64,000 nucleotides of DNA, taken from the NCBI GenBank assembly GCA_963662465.1, contig OY759599.1, positions 3,584,001 to 3,648,000 of the forward strand. The letters are read 5' to 3'. A program made the position numbers and the translations under genes. The notes under the pieces are model-generated. The model was not told the origin of the DNA, ran no database searches, and saw nothing but the letters and a program-made list of their open reading frames with translations. Positions 9,861 through 19,080 of this stretch are shown here, piece by piece (the first letter of the stretch is position 1; each line of letters begins with the position of its first letter). The stretch comes from Desulfatiglandales bacterium. GTDB taxonomy: Bacteria; Desulfobacterota; DSM-4660; Desulfatiglandales; Desulfatiglandaceae.

Positions 9861-11252
9861 TTGACCGAGCTGAATTTGTTTGATTTCATAATCATCGGAT
9901 TTTACCTGGCCATGGTACTCACCGTGGGACTGCGGGCGGGACGTCGCGTCGGAAGTTTTGAAGAATATGCGGTTGAGGGACGCTCCTATTCGTCGTTTGT
10001 GGTCTTCGCAACCCTGTCGGCTTCTTTCATCGGCGGTGGATTCACCATGGGCAACGCCGAGAAAGTCTTCATCCTGGGCGTTGTGAGCGTGGTGGCGCTC
10101 TGGGAATTCAGCCTCAAGGAAATTCTGGTGGCAAAACTCATCGCACCGCGGATCGGTGCATTTCCCAACGCCATTTCCGTAGGCGACATCATGGTCCGTG
10201 ATTACGGACGATTGGGGAAGATCATTACCGGCATCTTCTCGGTTCTTCTGTGCGCGGGGATTCTCGGCGCCCAGATCGGGGGCATGGGTTACATGTTCAA
10301 CCTCTTTTTGGGGCTTCCCGTCTGGGCCGGCATTCTCATCGGTATGGGCATCATCATCCTTTACGACACCATTGGGGGCATGCGGGCCATTGTGGCGACG
10401 GATGTCGTGCAGTTTGTGGTTCTGGCCATCGGTGTTCCCATTTGTCTGATCATGGGTATCCGCGCCGTGGGCGGCATCGATGCGATTATGACGGCAGCGC
10501 CGCCCGGTCATTTCCAACTGTTCGGTTCCATCACGCCCGTACAGTTTGTTTCCCTGTTCCTGACGTTTCTATTCGGTGAGACATTGGTGCCCCCCTACGT
10601 GCGTCGCCTGTTCATCAGCCGCGATACCCAACGGATCGTACGCGGCACCTTTTGGAGCGGGATTTTCTCCGTGCCTTTCTTCGCGGTTTCGAGCGGCATC
10701 GGTCTGGTGGCGCTGACCATGAATCCCGGCTTGAACCCCAACCTTTCGCTGCCATACATCATCCAGTCGGCGCTGCCCGTAGGGCTTCGAGGTCTCGTGA
10801 TCGCCGGCCTGATATCGGTGGTCATGTCCTCGGCCGATTCATTCCTCAACTCGGCATCCATTTCCCTCATCAACAACATCGTCAATCCGCTTCGGCGTAC
10901 GCCGCTAAGCGACCGTGAGGGTCTCCGCTGGGCACGCATCCGCCACCCTGCTGACCGGTTCCTTCGCAGTGGTTTTCGCACTCAGGATCCAAAGTTTGCC
11001 GGATATCCTGATCTATGCCTATAATTTTTGGGCCCCCATCATAATGGTCCCCCTGGCGGGGCACTTCTGGGGCTACGAGCCCCAAAAGCGGCGTTCATTG
11101 CCGGGGCCACCGCGGGAATTGCGGGCGTCGCCATATGGAACGGACTGCTGGGGTTTCCGGGCGGGTTCGACGGTCTGGTCGTCGGGGTTTTCACCAATGC
11201 CCTCGCCTTTACCTCGACATACCTGTTGCGGGGACGGATGAAGCGGGACTGA
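9861..11252 (+). pseudogene. Sodium:solute symporter with two apparent frameshifts
   Basis: SSF motifs (GGMRAIVATDVVQ, MSSADS); frame changes near 10940 and 11055. Confidence 0.75.
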
Positions 11253-11331
11253 ACATTTCCATTTTTCGAGATCGACTCACGGTGGAAGTTGAAACATTTT
11301 GCAGATGAGCAAAGGAAAACCGAGCGTGGGT

Positions 11332-11477
11332 ATGAAAGAAAAAAAGCTACTGATCCGCAACAGTACGGCGGAGTTTCTCATTTTCACCGGTCAGGCGGGC
11401 GGCCAAAGCATTGAGGCCCGGTACGAAGACGAAACCATCTGGCTGACCCAGAAGCTGATGTCAACTCTTTTTGAGAA
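11332..11477 (+). pseudogene. N-terminal fragment of a RhuM-like protein
   Basis: IRNSTAEFLIFT...YEDETIWLTQKLMSTLFE, then an abrupt junction with the DGR target remnant. Confidence 0.65.
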
Positions 11478-11684
11478 GAAAAGTAGGCGTAGGGACTACT
11501 CGAACAGTAATTGGACGAGCGACACTCCGGAAAATACGTCGTATCAATGCTGGGATTCACCGCCCGCATCATAACACTTCTCTATCCCCGTATCCGGTAA
11601 TTTGTAATCCCCGGCCACCACGCCGCCCCACAGACCCGTCAACAGCACCAGGCAACACCCCATCTCCACCACAACCTTTTTCAT
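11478..11684 (-). pseudogene. Decayed third DGR target gene (DUF1566) with partial VR
   Basis: Same RBS and signal peptide as 21599-22171 (MKKVVV...LPDTG), an internal deletion of roughly 265 bp, then PSIDTTYFPECRSSNYCSSSPYAYF; truncated at 11478. Confidence 0.88.
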
Positions 11685-11726
11685 TGCGTACCTCCTGTTT
11701 CTCATTCTGCCTTCCATAGGTGCTAC

Positions 11727-11804
11727 TGTAGGTGCGGCTTTAGCCGCACAGCCAAACCCCCAAACGACCCCGATCCCCACTGTGCGGCTAAAGCCGCACC
11801 TACA
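11727..11804. repeat. GTAG-type REP doublet (REPIN-like)
   Basis: GTAGGTGCGGCTTTAGCCGCACA (11728-11750) and its exact reverse complement (11781-11803); each is internally palindromic. Confidence 0.85.
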
Positions 11805-11823
11805 ATCGCACTTGCTGCTTCCC

Positions 11824-12759
11824 CTATTGCGCCTCAGCCAACCGTTTCTCATCCGCCCATCGGCGCATCTCATCCAGGCTCTCCGCATCAAGAAACCGTT
11901 CCCCCAATTCCTCTATGGCGTCGGCATTCAAACCCTCGAACATGGGTTTGGCCATATCAGCGCCAACTCGAAAACGTTTAGCAATCAGCCGGCATAAAAG
12001 CGATATGCTCCCATCTTCTCTCCCAATTCTCTCGACACTCGTCACGTAAGGCATCTTTTTTCCCTCCTCATACTTTGACAATTCTTTCCAAAACAACCGT
12101 TCATGAGCTGCTGGAAGAGCCATCAGCCAATCAATGAACCGAAATAATTTGACGATATCCGCGCGGCTGTAACCGGCTGTATAGAGCTCTTTCACCAAAG
12201 CAAATTTGCGCTTGAAAAGTTCATCAGGGTCCTTCCCGCTTTCCAAAACCGACAAATGGGCGCGAACCACCACAACAAATGGATTCCCTTCTGCATCCGA
12301 CAAAAGCTCGGGCTTTGCCTGGTAATCCAGAAGCTTGACAACCGGGTAACGAAACCGCATTTCGCAGCCCCATAGGCTATAGGTGAACGCCTCGGGACGC
12401 CATTTCTTCGAATCATCCGCCAGAACCGCAAGGCTTACGACCCGCCGGTGGTACCGATCAAAAATCCGGTAATGGTAAACAAACATCCTTTCTTCAAAAT
12501 CCGTGTCCACCTGAGCCTGCACCTCGATATGCACCAGTATCCAGGCCTCCAGACCATCCAGAAGCCATATTTTCACCAGTTTATCCACAGTGCGCCTGCC
12601 CACCTCCGCATCGCGGGTAATCTGCCGAAGTTCCTTCTCCAGAAACGCATAGCCCCTTTCCCAATCGATCTGTTGGTGGGCCTCTGGGAAAAACAGCGAC
12701 ATGAACGGCTCGAAATAAACTTCCAGGATTTCTTTCCAGGGCGAATCAAAATCAGTCAT
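11824..12759 (-). CDS. Rpn-family PD-(D/E)xK protein, copy 1 (311 aa)
   Basis: DSPWKEIL, VDKLVK, ILVHIEVQ, ERMFVYHYRI; near-identical to the copies at 23097 and 24253. Confidence 0.85.
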   Translation of the reverse strand: MTDFDSPWKEILEVYFEPFMSLFFPEAHQQIDWERGYAFLEKELRQITRDAEVGRRTVDKLVKIWLLDGLEAWILVHIEVQAQVDTDFEERMFVYHYRIFDRYHRRVVSLAVLADDSKKWRPEAFTYSLWGCEMRFRYPVVKLLDYQAKPELLSDAEGNPFVVVVRAHLSVLESGKDPDELFKRKFALVKELYTAGYSRADIVKLFRFIDWLMALPAAHERLFWKELSKYEEGKKMPYVTSVERIGREDGSISLLCRLIAKRFRVGADMAKPMFEGLNADAIEELGERFLDAESLDEMRRWADEKRLAEAQ

Positions 12760-13023
12760 GTTGAAATACCTCTTAAAAGCAGTCCGATTGTTGGCTTATG
12801 CTTGTTTTTAGGCTGGAGAAACCGTTCCCTGCTGTTTGATCTGCATGAAAAAAGCCTCATGTATAGTAACTTTTAATACTTTACTTTCTATCAGATCATT
12901 TCCAAAAGTCAATGGAGCTTTTTCGGGGGGTTCGGAATAAAGTGAGAAGAGGGGTTTTCAGCCTCGACCGGTACAGAGAGACCGAAAGACCCATGGAAAA
13001 ACCGACAAAACCAATGTGCAGGG

Positions 13024-13117
13024 TAAAAGACATCCTAGCGACATCCCTTTGCGCAATTTAGGCTGGCCCCCGTCCCTACCGGCTTTCTTTTCTCCATAAA
13101 AGCCCTCGCTCCTCCCT
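13024..13117 (-). repeat. Diverged duplicate of the enoyl-CoA hydratase 3' end and its downstream spacer
   Basis: Aligns by eye to about 25359-25466; encodes GARAFMEKRKPV. Confidence 0.8.
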
Positions 13118-13232
13118 GTGATCATCCAATTCCCGGAATATGGCAGCGAGTGCTTCCTTATGTTGACCTAAATCACATGACAAGGGGGTCTATTATCCCC
13201 TCTCTCCCCTTCCCACTATCTCCGAAACCTCC

Positions 13233-16200
13233 CTACTGACTCATCTTCACAACCGACCCTTCCCTGGCTTCCATCTTGCTCTTAACCACGATATCGCTCG
13301 ATTTAAAGGTGGCCCGCGCCCCGCTTTCAATCACCACATTGGGACCTACGGTAAGCGATGTCGTGCCCGTACAGGTGCAGTCGGTGCCAGTCTTGAAGGT
13401 CTCGTCATGGACCGTCGGGTTGGCGCCGGAGCAATCGGGGCAACCGGCGGTGGTGAGCGTCTTGAAGGAACGGTTTTCCCCGTAGGCAGTGCCTGCGCTG
13501 TTGGTGGCGTAGGCACGGACGTAGTAAGTGGTCTCCTCGCTCAGTCCTGTGATGGCACAGGTAAACGCACCCGTACCCGATCCCGATGGGACCGGATGGT
13601 CACTGACAGTGGGATCTGTTGACGTACTCCAGCAGACGCCTCTGGCCGTCACCTCCGGAGCCCCTTCTTCCGTTGAAACGGTGCCGCCCCCGGTGGCGCT
13701 GGTGGAAGCGATGTCCGTGGGGGCCTTGGTGGTCACAGTGGGAAGGCTCTCTCCAGCTTCTTTCAACAGTACGGTCGAGGTATTATTCTCCTTGCTGTAT
13801 TCGGGGGTTTCATCATTTGCATTGACCACCAGATAGATGCTGGTAGCAGCGGTCACATTCTCCACAAACAACTCCCCTTCCATAGATACGCCCACCGCCA
13901 GGGCTGAAATATCCACGGTTTTGAGGATCTCCCCATCGACGGTGTTTTTGCGAAACACCAGGTGGGTGGCGCCCGACGGCAGGACCCCGGTGTTTCGCAC
14001 CCCGGCCTTGACAGAAAACTCTGTATCGGACACCCGGGTTTTGGAAACGGAAACCAGGCCCAAATCCGGAAGGGTCATCACCCGGCTCGCCTTGTTGTTG
14101 GTCCGGTCCCCGTCTTCAAAGGTGTTATCGGGGTCCACGATCACGTACAGGGTCAAAGGGGATGCCGTGGCCGCGGGAACCGTCCAGGTCAATTGAACCT
14201 GTTCGCTTGCGCCCGGCTCCAGGGTCTGGGCCGTTTGCGTGCGACCGATCTCGGTACCGCCGGTCGCCGGATCTCCATTGTAGAAGGCCGCAGGAATACT
14301 GTTTTCAGGGATATCGCCGGCATTCACCACATTGACCGTAAGGAGTACCGAATTCCCGGGGGCAGGATTCCCCGGTGCCGCCAGGAAAGTGCCTGCACCC
14401 ACGCTCAGATCGCCGGTCATGGCATATTGGGCCATATACAGGTCCGTCTGGATGAGGACAGGCTGTTCGTAGGAAACGGTTGCGCCGTAAGCCGTCCGTC
14501 GGCTCATCTGTTCCACCTGCACCACGGTTCGGTCATAGACCACCATAAGGGTCTTTTCCGCGGAAAAGGCTGCGGTCATTTGCTGTTCCGTCTCCGGGTC
14601 ATTCGTTAACTGCCGAGGGGCTCCCCACATGTCAAAGAGCGGGTCGTAGAACACCGCAAACAGGTCCGAACTGAATTCCAACGGCTCGGCCCATACCAGG
14701 GCCATGCGGCCGTCGGGCGTGTGGGCCATGGAAAAATCCGCCAGATTGCTGGAATATTCGCCTTCCAGAATGGTGGTCACCGCGTTTGATTGAAAATTCT
14801 TCTCGCTTACCAGGTCGCCGCCCCGCAGCCAGGCCATAATGAAATCCCCGCTGGGATCGATGGCCAGTTTCGGGTTTTCATCGGGCACGCTGTCATTGGT
14901 CAACCGTTCGAGAGCGCCCCAGGCGCCGGAGGAATAGGTCATGGAAAACAATTCCCGATCATCCACGGTTTCCGGATCATTATCCGCATCCAGGCTCAGC
15001 ACCGCATACCCGGTTGTACCGTCGTAAGCCAGGTCGTATTTGATCATGCCGTAGGGAATTTCCCCTGCCTGCCGCGGGTCGGTCCAGGAAGTGCCATTCC
15101 AGCGGGACCACCACAAGGTGTTGGGGGCTTCGGCATCACCCCGAATATCGTTTGCCGTATTAGCGATCCATACCAAAAGCACATCATCGGATGTGGGACC
15201 TGACAGTCTCGGGCTTCGGTCCAGGTAGTTGTTTTGGGTCAATTTTGAAATGTCCGTCCAGCCGGCGCCGGCATCATAGCGGGCCACGGAGATCTCCAGG
15301 TATTTCACCATATCTTCAAACTGCGCGTCATCGGGCATGACCTGCCCCTCATTTTCCCAGGCCAGGAGGCTGTTGCCGTCTGAATAGGCTTCCAGATCGG
15401 AGTTGAAATCCGCCGTGCCGTCATCTGAAACCGCCGCATACTCGCTCCAGTTGGCGCCGTTCCAGGCTGAGGATACCAGGACGGTGCGGTTGAGGGCAGT
15501 GCGGGTCGGATCGTCATAGAGCCATGTGAGCCGGACATTTCCGGTGGCGGCCGAGAGACACGATTCCGAATAGGGAAAGACCTCTCGCTGTACCGAGGAA
15601 AGCCTGGCAGCTCCTGCCTGGCGCGTGATGATTCTGCCGGCTGTGAAATCGCCGTATTCGGTGCTTTCCAGGTAGTTTCGCGAGGTCCATCGGGGTGTAA
15701 CGGGGTTGTTTTGAACAGAAAACATCATACTGTCGGCATCGCCGCCGTACTCCCAGTCCCAGCGGAGCAGCTCGTTTTCCCAGCTCCACAAAAAAAGGTA
15801 AGCGCTGTACCCGCCGTTCAGGTATATGGTCAGATCGGCAAGGGTGGGCTCTTGAGGAAACTGAAGACCAAAGTCGGCGCCGCCCCCAATCCAGCCCTCC
15901 ACCGCAATGACCGAATCGGCCCCAACTCCAAGGGAACCCCTGGCGTATGGTGAAACGCCAAATATGCCATTGATTTTGAAGGGACTCAAATCCACAATCC
16001 CCAGAGACGCATCAACACTTGCATTCACTGAAGCCTTGCCGTACATGGGGATCAACACGGGACCTACCGCCACAACAAAAGGCCAGGATTCCTTGGCCTC
16101 TCCCGAGCCCTTAATAGTCAGATATCCTTCCCAGTCCCAGGCGCATGAAGAACTGAAGTATTCCGCCTCAGCATCGAGGGCCACCTTGAACTCGACTTTC

Positions 16201-17747
16201 TTGCCCATAATTTTGAACTCCGCCAGCTTGCCGGTCTCAAGAGATGCCTCGCAGGTTCCGTGGCTGTCCACCTTGGCGCTGATGCGAGGCAGCCATTCCA
16301 GTTTGAATGCCTTATCACCGAACAGAGGAATCTCTGCGGGAATCACGCCCACGTCAACACCTGCCTTAATTCCATCGCTGTTAAAACCCATTTCAGTTTG
16401 GTAGAAAAACCCATCGCCCAAATCCAGTCCTTTTAACATCACGGGAAAGGGCTTGCCCGCCACCACCAGAGGCGCTTGCTTTTCAGCGGAAACGGCCCCA
16501 TCCGAGGAAACGGCCTTCACCTTCAAGCCGTTGCAGTTCCCGAATTCAGAGCCCATATTGAAGGTTTTGGATGCGGTCGTTCCGCCGGTGGCCACTTCAT
16601 GGGTGGTTGTGGGGGTAATGAAAAGTACCTTCTGCGGTGTGTGTCCGCCCCAGTCCACATTGGCGGTGTAGGTGGCATTGTAGTCCACCCCGTCAAGGTA
16701 AACCACATCCCCGTCATAGCGGGAAGTGATGTCCGTCACCACGATGCCGCCCGAAGAAGCGGTTTGCAATCGAAAATCCTGACGGACGGTTGCGCCGGAA
16801 GGGAGATACACGGACTGCACCGTATCCGCATAACCGGATTTCTTGACAGTAACGGTGTGATCCCCCGACGAAAGGCCTTGAACCGTATACCGGCCACTGC
16901 CGTCGGTGGTGGTTGAAAACCCGGTGCCGCTGACGGTGGCGATGGAAAGGGCGCTGTTGTCGGATTTGTCGTACACATACCCTTCCAGGGTTGCCGTACC
17001 TCCGCCGGTGCTGGTAATTTCATAAGTGACTACATTGCTTTTCCCGCCCGTTCCGCCGTCAATGGCCCACCATTCATACTGCCCTGCCGGGCGATCCCAG
17101 GGCACGGTGTAGGAGATTTCAAACCGGCCGTAAGCATTCACCCCCACCTCCTGGGTGGGGAATTCGGAGCCATCCGGCTTTTGGAAATGCAAAACAGCAA
17201 CCGTATAAGGGGTGAACCCCATACCCCACTGGGTCAGAACACCGCTGGGAGATGCGGACAACGGGGATTGGCCGATCAAATAATCAAATGATCCAGATGG
17301 TCCGGCGCGCACACAACGAACATAGTAGTGGTTGGCCTTATTGTTGAAGTCCACGTAGCCGTAGTAGAAAAAGACGGACCACGCGTAGTACGAATAGTTG
17401 GCGTAGGGACTACTCGACCAGTAAACGGACGAGCGACACTCCGGAAAATACGTCGTATCGATGGCGGGATTATAACGGTCCCAGGCAACCAGCGTCTCCA
17501 GCTCCCGCACATTGGGCAGTCGCCAGTCCGAATGTCCGCCCGGGGAAAGGTTCTCGCAATAGTCCAGGGCTTCCTCCCAGGTGCGGGTCATCCCATCGTC
17601 GCTCTGCTGCCACATCAGGCCGGTCACGGAATCGGAAACCGTGCCGTTGCCGTTGTCGTTGAACGCGGCAAACACGGTTCCGCCGCTGTACAGCAGAATG
17701 CTTGCCAGCAAAACACACGCGCACGCCAAAGTTCTTTTTCTTCTCAT
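13233..17747 (-). CDS. Giant secreted multidomain protein with N-terminal DUF1566/Lcl domain; DGR target 2
   Basis: Signal peptide; DNGNGTVSDSVTGLMWQQ...WRLPNVREL...YVRCVR; then carboxypeptidase-regulatory/Ig-like, propeller-like, CARDB-like and FN3-like (YYVRAYATNSAGTAYG) regions and a Cys-rich tail. Confidence 0.9.
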   Translation of the reverse strand: MRRKRTLACACVLLASILLYSGGTVFAAFNDNGNGTVSDSVTGLMWQQSDDGMTRTWEEALDYCENLSPGGHSDWRLPNVRELETLVAWDRYNPAIDTTYFPECRSSVYWSSSPYANYSYYAWSVFFYYGYVDFNNKANHYYVRCVRAGPSGSFDYLIGQSPLSASPSGVLTQWGMGFTPYTVAVLHFQKPDGSEFPTQEVGVNAYGRFEISYTVPWDRPAGQYEWWAIDGGTGGKSNVVTYEITSTGGGTATLEGYVYDKSDNSALSIATVSGTGFSTTTDGSGRYTVQGLSSGDHTVTVKKSGYADTVQSVYLPSGATVRQDFRLQTASSGGIVVTDITSRYDGDVVYLDGVDYNATYTANVDWGGHTPQKVLFITPTTTHEVATGGTTASKTFNMGSEFGNCNGLKVKAVSSDGAVSAEKQAPLVVAGKPFPVMLKGLDLGDGFFYQTEMGFNSDGIKAGVDVGVIPAEIPLFGDKAFKLEWLPRISAKVDSHGTCEASLETGKLAEFKIMGKKVEFKVALDAEAEYFSSSCAWDWEGYLTIKGSGEAKESWPFVVAVGPVLIPMYGKASVNASVDASLGIVDLSPFKINGIFGVSPYARGSLGVGADSVIAVEGWIGGGADFGLQFPQEPTLADLTIYLNGGYSAYLFLWSWENELLRWDWEYGGDADSMMFSVQNNPVTPRWTSRNYLESTEYGDFTAGRIITRQAGAARLSSVQREVFPYSESCLSAATGNVRLTWLYDDPTRTALNRTVLVSSAWNGANWSEYAAVSDDGTADFNSDLEAYSDGNSLLAWENEGQVMPDDAQFEDMVKYLEISVARYDAGAGWTDISKLTQNNYLDRSPRLSGPTSDDVLLVWIANTANDIRGDAEAPNTLWWSRWNGTSWTDPRQAGEIPYGMIKYDLAYDGTTGYAVLSLDADNDPETVDDRELFSMTYSSGAWGALERLTNDSVPDENPKLAIDPSGDFIMAWLRGGDLVSEKNFQSNAVTTILEGEYSSNLADFSMAHTPDGRMALVWAEPLEFSSDLFAVFYDPLFDMWGAPRQLTNDPETEQQMTAAFSAEKTLMVVYDRTVVQVEQMSRRTAYGATVSYEQPVLIQTDLYMAQYAMTGDLSVGAGTFLAAPGNPAPGNSVLLTVNVVNAGDIPENSIPAAFYNGDPATGGTEIGRTQTAQTLEPGASEQVQLTWTVPAATASPLTLYVIVDPDNTFEDGDRTNNKASRVMTLPDLGLVSVSKTRVSDTEFSVKAGVRNTGVLPSGATHLVFRKNTVDGEILKTVDISALAVGVSMEGELFVENVTAATSIYLVVNANDETPEYSKENNTSTVLLKEAGESLPTVTTKAPTDIASTSATGGGTVSTEEGAPEVTARGVCWSTSTDPTVSDHPVPSGSGTGAFTCAITGLSEETTYYVRAYATNSAGTAYGENRSFKTLTTAGCPDCSGANPTVHDETFKTGTDCTCTGTTSLTVGPNVVIESGARATFKSSDIVVKSKMEAREGSVVKMSQ
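17299..17440 (-). repeat. DGR variable region VR of target 2
   Basis: 17336-17440 aligns without gaps to the TR with 16 mismatches, all at TR adenines. Confidence 0.97.
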
Positions 17748-17750
17748 CTT

Positions 17751-19071
17751 TCAAACCTCCCGGCAATTTTTCATCTGTTCCAATCCACAAATCATTTTCC
17801 CCCGAAAAAGCTTCACCAGCCTGCGATGCACCATCCCATCCAGCGTCTTTTCCGCTCGAATCAGGGCAACATGATACCCGGCATTCAAAGCCTTCATCAG
17901 AAAACGGCCCAGCCACCGCCGATGGAAGCCGCACCCATACCGAAATCCTCGAAGACCCAAAACCGGTTTGAGACCCAAAACATTCCGGGCCAGCCACGCC
18001 TGATAACCATAAAACTCATAAAAGAGGCCGACCGGGAAAAAAATCAGCGCTTTTGTTTCAAAACCTCCCCCGGTCCACAGCGGATAAAAATGCCCCCGGA
18101 CTCCGGGCGCGACCGCGCTTCCCTTTTCAGGCGCCCACCAGCGATAGGCAGCCCGGAAGGTCGCATTTTTTCCCGGCGGCGCATACCTCGGAATAAGCCG
18201 CCCGTCGTCCAGGATAAAAGCGGCCCTCAACACCGCATGTTTTTCAAAAAGCTTCAGTACAAGACCATGCGTATCCGCCCACGAAAAATGCCCGAGATAA
18301 GAGGCTGTCACGGCGCGCAAGGCGTCCATGGTCAAAACAGGGTACTGCCAGGCTCTGATTTCCCGCCCCCTGCCGCTTACAGGAACCGGCTCCGCCAAGC
18401 ATTTTTCAAAATTCGCCAGTTTCTCCTTAAAATGGTTCACCACCCGCCGCCGGGCCAGCACATAACGTCGGCGAACAATATAACCCAAAAAATCAATCCC
18501 CGATGAGACCGGACGGAGGCGGTCCTGCTGCACGTTGGGCCGAAGCAACAGTTCTTCCCTCAAAAACCCTTCAATGGTCTCCCGCCATCTCATCAGCTTT
18601 TGAGGGGACGGATCCAGCAGCAAAAAGTCATCGCAATACCGGATATAATACTTGCATTTCAGCCGATGTTTCACAAACTGATCCAGCTCATTCAAATACA
18701 CATTGGCAAAAAACTGCGAACTGAGGTTTCCGATGGGAAGCCCCTTGCCGGAAGGCACCTTAAAAAGAGTCTTGTGCGGCGGTATGCGCTCCAACAACCG
18801 TTCATTACCCTTGAACCGGTAATCCACGGTGCAATCGTGAAATATCATCACCTGCGTCAGCCACAGCGCATCCTCCCGTTTGATTTTCTTTTTGATGAGC
18901 CGGCAGAGAATCTCCTTGTCCACGTTCATGAAAAACCCGGCCACATCGGCCTTCAAATAGGAGATCCGTTGGGTTCCGTTTTTCGTGGCGCGGTTCAAAA
19001 ACTCCCGGAGCCGAGAAACGCGGCGTGGACGCCCTTCCCTTTCCGGCATGCATAGGAATCATAAATAAACA
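17751..19071 (-). pseudogene. DGR reverse transcriptase, N-terminally truncated, with C-terminal MutS-I-like domain
   Basis: LKADVAGFF, GLPIGNLSSQFFANVYL, YIRYCDD (18627-18638), GIDFLGY; begins abruptly at MFIYDSYACRKGKG with a 1-nt frameshift near 19020. Confidence 0.93.
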
Positions 19072-19080
19072 TCTTATTGT

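Noticed and set aside
17274..17293. Canonical post-VR DGR hairpin
   Set aside because: Only a 5-bp stem (GATCA/TGATC), with no counterpart after the target 1 VR; too weak to call.
17328..18506. 392-aa plus-strand ORF and similar long antisense ORFs (e.g. 41549-42580, 45946-46971)
   Set aside because: Shadow frames opposite well-supported genes; no recognisable motifs.
17751..19071. RT as group II intron, retron or CRISPR-associated RT
   Set aside because: The SQ motif, adjacent avd and A-specific TR/VR pairs indicate a DGR; no intron ends or cas genes seen.
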